Assembly: GCA_049976425.1 (NCBI GenBank) | Contig: JBMFIG010000037.1 | Location: forward strand, 1-11,610 | DNA: 11,610 nt | Direction: 5' to 3' | From: Thermoproteus sp. | GTDB lineage: Archaea > Thermoproteota > Thermoprotei > Thermoproteales > Thermoproteaceae | In this document: positions 1 through 5,945 of the stretch, one piece after another | Layout: every line of letters begins with the position of its first letter | Position numbering within the stretch: the first letter of the stretch is position 1 | The notes under the pieces: generated by a model | Database searches by the model: none | What the model saw: the letters and a program-made list of their open reading frames with translations, nothing else | What the model was told of the DNA's origin: nothing | Translations under genes and position numbers: made by a program

Positions 1-324
1 CTTCAAGCTCCAGGCAGACGGGACTCCTCAAGGAGCGTCCTAGAGGCGCGGTAGAACGCGCCGCGCCCCTCCGCCGATGCGTCCGACGTCACGCCTTAAT
101 GAATAGTCGTACAGATCCCGCGGTCAAGCCGCGTAGAGGTTTGGGATGCGGCCGATGAATGATGTTAATTGATGTAGGCGTCTGCCCCCTACGCCGCCAC
201 TAACCGCCTCGCCTGTCTTTCGGGCCGATGGGGATCTGTTCGGCGACGAAGGGCATCTCCCCGCGACCGAGTACATTACCTCGTAAAAGAGCCCCGCGGA
301 GGGTATCCGGCCGTACAGAACTAG

Positions 325-417
<93 letters not shown>

Positions 418-436
418 TCTTTACTTATTTCTCCCA

Positions 437-454
437 TATTTTTAAGCTTTGCTC
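437..454 (-). promoter_or_regulatory. BRE/TATA promoter of tRNA-Arg
   Basis: Minus strand GAGCAAAGCTTAAAAATA; the BRE ends about 31 nt upstream of tRNA position 1, implying a very short leader. Confidence 0.7.
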
Positions 455-595
455 ACAACGTCGCCGAGCTGGCGCCTCATCGTCAAACGACGGGATAAGC
501 CGCCACAGCGCCGATCCGGCGGATCGGGCCAACCGCGAAGCTGTAGAGACGCCCGTAGTCCCCCGGCGCCGACTGAAGGCAAGCTGGCAGACGCG

Positions 596-610
596 GGCAA
601 ACTTTTTAAG
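596..610 (+). promoter_or_regulatory. BRE/TATA promoter of tRNA-Pro
   Basis: GGCAAA-C-TTTTTAAG, with the BRE ending 29 nt before tRNA position 1. Confidence 0.7.
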
Positions 611-629
611 CCGAACCGAGATACGCTAC

Positions 630-733
630 CGGGCCGTAGTCTAGCCTGGTAGGACGCACGGCTCGGTACGGCGAGGCGCGGCCCAGCCGTGAGCAGGCCC
701 GTGTGATCCCGGGTTCAAATCCCGGCGGCCCCA
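630..733 (+). tRNA. tRNA-Pro(CGG) with 30-nt non-canonical intron at position 36/37 (intron 667-696)
   Basis: Sequence CGGGCCG TA GTCT AGCCTGGTA GGAC G CACGG CT-CGG[intron]GC CCGTG TGATC CCGGG TTCAAAT CCCGG CGGCCCC A. The BHB has central helix GCTC(661-664)/GAGC(691-694), bulges GG^T and AG^G, and intron stem ACGGC/GCCGT. G37 and A73 are typical of tRNA-Pro. The first pair is a C1:C72 mismatch, and CCA is not encoded. Confidence 0.93.
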
Positions 734-821
734 CTCCTCTGCTTTTCTAACGGAGTTATGATCGGCGCGGACGCCGTCATGTTCTTACCGGGCCGGCCTG
801 GCAACGACACAGCTGATTAGG

Positions 822-929
822 CGCCGTCGTCAACACCCTGGTCCTGTACCTTATATCGCCGCCCAGTATCAAGGCTATCCCCAGCTCCCCAACCCGATAC
901 ATCTCGGGGACCGCTATCCGTATCCCTCG
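822..929 (-). pseudogene. Remnant of an ABC transporter permease, TupB-like (tungstate/molybdate)
   Basis: The minus frame reads RGIRIAVPEMYRV-GELGIALILGGDIRYRTRVLTTA. The last 23 codons (890-822) match the recalled TupB C-terminal motif (GE.G..L.VGGNI...TRVLTTAI). The similarity is lost on both sides and there is no full-length ORF. Confidence 0.6.
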
Positions 930-1060
930 GCAGACGGGCTCCTTGGCTTTGTCGGAGTGCTCTGCGACGAGGTAGCTAGCTCGCCGAGGATCCGGCGACC
1001 TCGGGCTGTCATGTCGATGGAGAGCGCGCCGGCGGGCTCCGACGCGCGCAGGGGCCTACA

Positions 1061-1076
1061 CGACGGAGCTCCGTCG
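1061..1076. repeat. Perfect 16-bp palindrome CGACGGAGCTCCGTCG
   Basis: Read directly from the sequence; it lies about 25 nt downstream of the stop codon of the minus-strand prenyl synthase gene. Confidence 0.8.
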
Positions 1077-1100
1077 GCGGTTGCTGGCGATGTGGGGGTT

Positions 1101-1877
1101 TTAGAGCTTGGCTGTGGTGAGCGTGCCGTTGAGGGCCCTCTCGAGGACCAGCTCCACGAACCTCTCTAGCGGCACTATCTTCTCCCCGAGCAACCTCCTT
1201 AGGGATTTCATGGAGCCTCTAATCTCCTCGACCAGCGGCGTCATCTCCCTCTTCGCCCCTTCGTCGGCCATGTCGTCCGAGTACTGGTATAGGACTCCGA
1301 GGAGCCTCCCGAGAGCCGCCGCCGGTCTGAGGAGATCTCTCCTGCTCAATATCATGGTGGGCATCACGAAGGCGGCCTCTATCAACGGCGCCGTCTTGAG
1401 CTCCGCGGCCTCCTTCCTCAGCCCCTCTATGTCTAGGGCCTGTCCCTCCGCGAGCCTCTTGGCCACGCCGGCGAGGTACTTGACCGCGTCGGCGCTTATG
1501 GACACGGCCCTCTCTATGGCCTCTGCTATCAGCCAGTCGCTGGCCACTATGGCCATCCCGTCGCCGTAGATAGCGCGGGGCGTCTCGACGCCTCTCCTCG
1601 CGTCGTGTCTGTCGACGACGTCGTCTTGTAGGAGGGACACTATGTGGAGGACCTCCAGCAACGCGGCGGCGTTGATTATCCTCTCGTCCTTCAGCTTTTC
1701 GGGATCCAGCACGTATGTGAAGAGCAGTAGGAGGAGCGGCCTTATCATCTTGCCCGGCGTCTCTATGTAGTACCTTATCGCGGCCCTCAGGGAAGGGTTC
1801 TGGACCGACTCGCCTATACGTCCCATATCCTCCCTCACTCTGCCCAAAGCGTCGAGGACCTCAGGCGGTATCTCCAC
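1101..1877 (-). CDS. Trans-polyprenyl diphosphate synthase (IspA/IspB family), probably medium-chain
   Basis: Motifs GKMIRP, first Asp-rich motif LLQDDVVD..DARRG, GQALD, KTA and second Asp-rich motif YQYSDDMAD; GTG start; 258 aa. Confidence 0.92.
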   Translation of the reverse strand: MEIPPEVLDALGRVREDMGRIGESVQNPSLRAAIRYYIETPGKMIRPLLLLLFTYVLDPEKLKDERIINAAALLEVLHIVSLLQDDVVDRHDARRGVETPRAIYGDGMAIVASDWLIAEAIERAVSISADAVKYLAGVAKRLAEGQALDIEGLRKEAAELKTAPLIEAAFVMPTMILSRRDLLRPAAALGRLLGVLYQYSDDMADEGAKREMTPLVEEIRGSMKSLRRLLGEKIVPLERFVELVLERALNGTLTTAKL

Positions 1878-1880
1878 GTG

Positions 1881-1890
1881 AAAATAAAAA
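1881..1890 (-). terminator. Putative oligo-T terminator after the winged-helix gene
   Basis: Minus strand TTTTTATTTT beginning about 12 nt after the TAA stop at 1905-1903. Confidence 0.4.
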
Positions 1891-1902
1891 GGAGTTCCCT
1901 TT

Positions 1903-2094
1903 TTATTGTTTGAGTTTATATCTGTGGTCGACGGTCTCCTCGACCTTGCCCTCCCTCTTCAGCCTAGTCAACTGGGCCTTCACAACGGCCACTCTGTCGA
2001 CCCCTATGGCCTTGGCCACCTCCTCCGCGGTGAACTCCTTGCCGGGGTTCTGCGCGAGGAATTGGTACACTTTATTCTTTACGCCCTCCGGCAT
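1903..2094 (-). CDS. Small (63 aa) winged helix-turn-helix DNA-binding protein
   Basis: VYQFLAQNPGKEFTAEEVAKAIGV..AVVKAQLTRLKREGKVEE....YKL is a classic wHTH pattern; it has an ATG start and a consensus promoter. Confidence 0.88.
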   Translation of the reverse strand: MPEGVKNKVYQFLAQNPGKEFTAEEVAKAIGVDRVAVVKAQLTRLKREGKVEETVDHRYKLKQ

Positions 2095-2113
2095 ATTTAT
2101 ACACTGCTCCCAG

Positions 2114-2130
2114 TTTTTATATTTTTCCGC
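2114..2130 (-). promoter_or_regulatory. BRE/TATA promoter of the wHTH gene
   Basis: Minus strand GCGGAAAAA-TATAAAAA; the TATA begins 27 nt before the ATG at 2094. Confidence 0.75.
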
Positions 2131-2182
2131 GGCTCTTTTTATCCCGGCCCCTCTCGGTTTATATTTTCGCCTAATGCGGCGG

Positions 2183-2198
2183 GCGAATTGTATTAAAA
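2183..2198 (+). promoter_or_regulatory. BRE/TATA promoter of ribH (leaderless)
   Basis: GCGAAT-TG-TATTAAAA; the TATA begins 27 nt before the ATG at 2218. Confidence 0.65.
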
Positions 2199-2217
2199 CT
2201 GGGGCGTTCGCCGGGGC

Positions 2218-2670
2218 ATGGTGAGGCTCGCGATAGTGGTGGCCGAGTTCAACTACGACGTGACCCAGCTCATGTTACAGAAGGCTCTGGACCACGCCAA
2301 GTTCTTGGGAGCCGAGGTGACCTACGTGGTCAAGGCGCCGGGCGTCTTCGACGTGCCGGCTCTTCTGGCCGAAGTGGTGAAGAAGGAGGAGGTCGACGCG
2401 GTGGCCGTCCTGGGCGCGGTAATACAAGGCGCCACAAAACACGACGAGCTGGTGGCTAACCAGGCGGCGCGCAAGATACTCGACATCTCGGTCGACAGCG
2501 GGAAGCCGGTGGCCCTCGGCGTGATCGGGCCCGGCGCGAACAGAATGCAGGCCCTCGAAAGGGTAGAGGAATACGCGCGGAGGGCAGTGGAGGCGGCTGT
2601 GAAGATGGCGAGAAGGAGGCGGGCGTTGAGGGAGGCCAGATACTCCGGCTCTACCGTGTTTATCGAGTAG
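2218..2670 (+). CDS. ribH: 6,7-dimethyl-8-ribityllumazine synthase
   Basis: Motifs [27 protein letters not shown] and KPVALGVIG; 150 aa. Confidence 0.95.
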   Translation: MVRLAIVVAEFNYDVTQLMLQKALDHAKFLGAEVTYVVKAPGVFDVPALLAEVVKKEEVDAVAVLGAVIQGATKHDELVANQAARKILDISVDSGKPVALGVIGPGANRMQALERVEEYARRAVEAAVKMARRRRALREARYSGSTVFIE

Positions 2671-3208
2671 GCTCCAGTATATTCAACATCTCCCAGACGG
2701 CTTTCATGACCTCTATCTCCAGCTTGAGCTTGGCGTAGACGTCCTCCTCTATGGCTCCGGCCGAGTAGGCGTCCTCCACCTTCTTCTCGAGGGCGACCAG
2801 GTCTATCTTGGACAGCTTGTCCTTGGTCAGAGAACGGGCCCAGGCGTATCTGATCCTCGCGTCTATCTGGTCGGTCCTGTCCCTAAGGGCCTTCGCCTTC
2901 TCCTCCAGCTCGGCGATCTTCCTCCTGGACTCCTCGGCGAGCTTGGCGAAGTCCTCCTCAGATATTAGGCCCAGCTCGCGCTTCGCCGACAGGACCTCGA
3001 GCTCCCTCGTCAGCTCCGCGACGACGCCCTCTATCTGCTCCAGCCTGATCTTGACCCTGGCGAGGTCGCTGTCCCAAGAGCCCTTAAGCGCCTGCGACGC
3101 CTCGACGAACGCCCTCCAGGTGTCCTCAACGCCTCTCAGCTTCTCCTCGTACTGCGCGAGCAGTTTGTCCAGCTCGCCGACCGCCACGTAGGCCACGTCG
3201 ACGCTCAT
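2660..3208 (-). CDS. Coiled-coil protein, CdvA-like/SHOCT-like motifs (paralog 1)
   Basis: All-helical heptad pattern with motifs [15 protein letters not shown] and [16 protein letters not shown]. It has a 4-nt ATGA overlap with the upstream paralog and overlaps the ribH end convergently by 11 nt. The CDS is secure; the family call is inference. Confidence 0.8.
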   Translation of the reverse strand: MSVDVAYVAVGELDKLLAQYEEKLRGVEDTWRAFVEASQALKGSWDSDLARVKIRLEQIEGVVAELTRELEVLSAKRELGLISEEDFAKLAEESRRKIAELEEKAKALRDRTDQIDARIRYAWARSLTKDKLSKIDLVALEKKVEDAYSAGAIEEDVYAKLKLEIEVMKAVWEMLNILEPTR

Positions 3209-3930
3209 GGCAACACCCCCTCCAGCTCTTTTTTAAGCCTCTCGTACGCCTCCTTGGATATCTTGCCCTCCTTAAGCAACTCGTCGAGCTTGCCGAGGGA
3301 GACCCGTAGGTTTATGACCTCGGCGTTTGTCGAGGTCGACAACACTCGTTTGAAGTGTTGCCCGAGGACCTCCTCTATGGAGCTGTACCTCCTCTCCACG
3401 TCCTCCAGAAGGGCCTTCAGCCCGTTCAGCTTCTCCTCTATCTCTTGCCTCGCCTTGTTGTACTGGTCCTCGGGTATTAGGTCCCTCTTCAGCTCGAGCT
3501 CCTTCAAGGCCCTCTCGTAGTTGGCTATCGACGCGCTGAGGAGGTCCAGGGACCTCCGCAGGACCAGCTTCTCGACCTCCCACTGCCTCTTGTAGCTCAG
3601 GACGGAGGACTCGTAGCTGTGCCAAGATTCGTCGAGCTTCTTCAAAAGCTCGTCGTACTTCATCACGACGTTGTCGACGACGGGCTTTATGGCCTTGTCG
3701 AAGTCGGCCTCGGCCCTCTCGACGGCGGCTACCTGGGCCAGCTGCACCACCTGCGCCTGCTCCTGTTGCTGCGCCTGTTGTTGGGCCGGCTGTTGCGCCT
3801 TGTACCTAACGTAGACGGGGCATTCGGCGTAGTTGCCTATGCAGTACCAGTCGAAGGGGTTCACCGGCTTCCCGGTGTAGCCGCAGACGAAGCCGCCCTC
3901 GCTTCTCCTAAGAGCAGGGCAAACGCTCAT
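3205..3930 (-). CDS. Cys4 domain + Gln-rich linker + CdvA-like coiled-coil protein (paralog 2)
   Basis: N-terminal C-x11-C-x13-C-x6-C, linker AQQPAQQQAQQQEQAQ, a coiled coil with LELKRDLIPEDQY and a C-terminal LDELLKEGKISKEAYERLKKEL. It aligns with the downstream ORF. Confidence 0.82.
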   Translation of the reverse strand: MSVCPALRRSEGGFVCGYTGKPVNPFDWYCIGNYAECPVYVRYKAQQPAQQQAQQQEQAQVVQLAQVAAVERAEADFDKAIKPVVDNVVMKYDELLKKLDESWHSYESSVLSYKRQWEVEKLVLRRSLDLLSASIANYERALKELELKRDLIPEDQYNKARQEIEEKLNGLKALLEDVERRYSSIEEVLGQHFKRVLSTSTNAEVINLRVSLGKLDELLKEGKISKEAYERLKKELEGVLP

Positions 3931-3947
3931 GGCGCTTATTGTATAGA

Positions 3948-3963
3948 GTTATATATTTATTAC
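3948..3963 (-). promoter_or_regulatory. Promoter of the coiled-coil gene pair, embedded in the last codons of the upstream gene
   Basis: Minus strand GTAATAAATATATAAC, spanning 33 to 18 nt before the ATG at 3930. Confidence 0.6.
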
Positions 3964-4623
3964 GCTCAGCGCTCTCTTAGCCTCGGCGAGGTCCTGGAGG
4001 GTGCCCACGTCGACGAACTCGGCCTTGGACACGTAGACGGCCACGCGGGGTATTAGGGAGCGGGCGAGCTCGTCGAAGTCGAGGTACCTCTCCTCGAGCC
4101 TGCGCAACACGGAGCCCTCGGCCACGTATATCCCCGTCGACACGACGTGTCTAAACCTCGGCTTCTCCCTCCACGCCGCCAGCCGCCCCTCCGCCGTCTC
4201 CAACACGCCGAACCTCACGGCGGTCTCGACCTCGCGCCCCACCACCGTGAGATCGACGGAGGACCTCGCGTGGAACTCGGCGGCGGCCCTCACGTCGAGA
4301 TCCGTGACGACGTCGCCCGGCGCAACCAACGCGGGCCCCTCGTCTATGTAGTCCCTGGCGTAGTAGAGCTGCCCGGCGGTCCCCAACAGCCTCCTCGACG
4401 GGACGAAGACAACATCGGGGTGCCGCTCGCGGAGGTAGGACCTCAACACCTCCTGCATGTAGTGGCCCACCACGTATATCTCCCTCACTCCGTTCGCCCT
4501 CAGCCACCCCAGCGCGTAGTCTATGATGGCCCTGCCGCCGAGCGCGACGAGGGGCTTGGGCGCGAAGTACGTCAAAGGCCTCAGCCTGGTGCCCAGCCCG
4601 GCGGCTAGGAGGAAGGCCTTCAA
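3949..4623 (-). CDS. Sugar-phosphate nucleotidyltransferase (NTP_transferase family, no LbH domain)
   Basis: Motifs KAFLLAAGLGTRLRPLT..PKPL, LGTAG, GD, FGV, EKP, GIY and DVGT. The true start is inferred at TTG 4623, overlapping the upstream TGA (TTGA), giving 224 aa; the extra 100 N-terminal residues in the ORF track are spurious. Confidence 0.92.
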   Translation of the reverse strand: MKAFLLAAGLGTRLRPLTYFAPKPLVALGGRAIIDYALGWLRANGVREIYVVGHYMQEVLRSYLRERHPDVVFVPSRRLLGTAGQLYYARDYIDEGPALVAPGDVVTDLDVRAAAEFHARSSVDLTVVGREVETAVRFGVLETAEGRLAAWREKPRFRHVVSTGIYVAEGSVLRRLEERYLDFDELARSLIPRVAVYVSKAEFVDVGTLQDLAEAKRALSVINI

Positions 4624-4958
4624 AGGTAGTCCCTCAGCCCGTACTTCTTCAAGTGTTGCTCGATCTTCTTGACCTCCTTGTCCATCTTCTTGGCCTCGAC
4701 CACCAGGTCGGCCCGCTTCTCCTCGGCCCCCTTTGCCTTTATGGTGCAGAGTCCGTCCGGCGTCAGCGCGCGCGCCTCGCAGTAGGCGTACTGGCACCTC
4801 GCGCCTATACACTCGTCGTTGAGCCAGGTGCACCAGAACACTATCTTGTTGCCCCTTATCATGGGCTTCAACGCCTTCTTGCCGCATCTGAAGAGGGAGG
4901 AGCCGTTGGGGCCGAAGGCGCATCTAGGCCCCAGACATAGTTCCCTCGCGCCGGACAC
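4620..4958 (-). CDS. Hypothetical 8-Cys protein (probable metal-binding) with C-terminal helix
   Basis: Eight Cys in two internal repeats (CLGPRC..CGKKAL..C and CIGARC..CEARAL..C); GTG start preceded by AAATTTTAATA; stop coupled to the next start. Confidence 0.82.
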   Translation of the reverse strand: MSGARELCLGPRCAFGPNGSSLFRCGKKALKPMIRGNKIVFWCTWLNDECIGARCQYAYCEARALTPDGLCTIKAKGAEEKRADLVVEAKKMDKEVKKIEQHLKKYGLRDYL

Positions 4959-4986
4959 AGTATATAGCTTACCCCTCTATTAAAAT

Positions 4987-5913
4987 TTAATCCGCGATCC
5001 TGTAGCCCAGAGACTTGAGGAACTCGGCCACCTCCTCGAACCTAGGCGAGGACCGCGCGCCGGGCCTCGTGACCTTGATGGAGGCCGCGGCGTTGGCGAA
5101 GAGGAGCCTCTCGTAGAGCGAGAGGCCGGCCAGCCTAGCGGCTATGTAGGCGGCGGCGAAGGTGTCGCCAGCGCCCGTCGTGTCGACCGGCTGTAGCTTG
5201 AACGCGTCCACGTAGATGAACTCGCCGTCGCTGACGGCCATGGCGCCCCTATCGCCGAGCGTTATCACAACCTCCTTCGCGTTTATGCTCTTGGCTATGA
5301 CGTCGACAGCCGCTCTGTGGTCGGCCGAGCTGGCCAACATCTTGGCCTCAACCTGGTTCATCAACACCACGTCGACGCCCGAGAGAGCCTTCGAGGCTAT
5401 CTCCAGGCCCTTCCTCGCCAGCGCCGTGCCTCCGTCGACCGAGACCGTCTTGCCGAGCCTCTTGGCGACCTCCTTCGCCTTGAGTATGAGCTCCACGCGC
5501 CCGCTCGCTATGTGGACGTGGTCGACGCCGCCCAGCGACTCCTCGTTTATGTCGTCGGGGGACAGGCCCATGTTGGCCCCTCTGTAGGCTATCATCCGCT
5601 TCACGCCGTCGGGCTGGACCAAGACGACCACGACTCCCGACCTAACCCCCTTGATCCTCTTGACAAAAGACACGTCGACCCCCTCGCCGGCGAGCTCCCT
5701 CAGTATTATATCGCCCAGTACGTCGTCGCCGACGGAGCCTATGAACCTCGCCCTATGCCTCATCCTGGTTATCGCCACGGCGAAGTTCGCCGCAGAGCCG
5801 CCTCCCCCGGTGTATATATCCACGGCGTCCACCGACTGGTCTAGGCCGGGCAACTCCGGCGTCTTTATATATATATCGTAGTTCAAATTCCCTATAGACG
5901 CGACTAAGGCCAC
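4987..5913 (-). CDS. PfkB/ribokinase-family carbohydrate or nucleoside kinase
   Basis: Motifs GGSAANFA, GSVGDD.LG, NQVEA, ITLGDRGA, VDTTGAGDTF and ANAAASIKV; GTG start; 308 aa. Confidence 0.95.
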   Translation of the reverse strand: MALVASIGNLNYDIYIKTPELPGLDQSVDAVDIYTGGGGSAANFAVAITRMRHRARFIGSVGDDVLGDIILRELAGEGVDVSFVKRIKGVRSGVVVVLVQPDGVKRMIAYRGANMGLSPDDINEESLGGVDHVHIASGRVELILKAKEVAKRLGKTVSVDGGTALARKGLEIASKALSGVDVVLMNQVEAKMLASSADHRAAVDVIAKSINAKEVVITLGDRGAMAVSDGEFIYVDAFKLQPVDTTGAGDTFAAAYIAARLAGLSLYERLLFANAAASIKVTRPGARSSPRFEEVAEFLKSLGYRIAD

Positions 5914-5945
5914 AATTTATTTTACCCCTATATTATCTATTGTGG
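5910..5945. promoter_or_regulatory. Compact bidirectional promoter between the PfkB kinase and the hypothetical gene
   Basis: Only 28 AT-rich nt separate two divergent GTG starts, flanked by the inverted repeat CCACAAT/ATTGTGG. Confidence 0.6.

Noticed and set aside
1-100. Partial CDS at the left edge
   Set aside because: The frames I translated gave only short or unrecognisable peptides; this cannot be supported without flanking sequence.
150-200. C-box-like words GATGAATGATG and TGATG
   Set aside because: There is no downstream CTGA D box at a suitable distance.
1-323. RNase P (type T) or SRP RNA, prompted by ACAGAA at 315-320
   Set aside because: No GAGGAA-type P4 strand and no SRP helix-8 motif were found on either strand.
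758-816. Possible C/D box sRNA (ATGATCG ... CTGA, 59 nt)
   Set aside because: The C box is imperfect and no D'/C' pair appears at the expected spacing.
1903-2094. Z-alpha (Z-DNA-binding) identity for the small wHTH protein
   Set aside because: The size and fold pattern are similar, but the recognition-helix Asn/Tyr and wing Trp of Z-alpha are absent.
4624-4923. 100-aa N-terminal extension of the nucleotidyltransferase ORF
   Set aside because: It is an alternative frame of the 8-Cys gene; homology begins at KAFLLAAG after the TTG at 4623.
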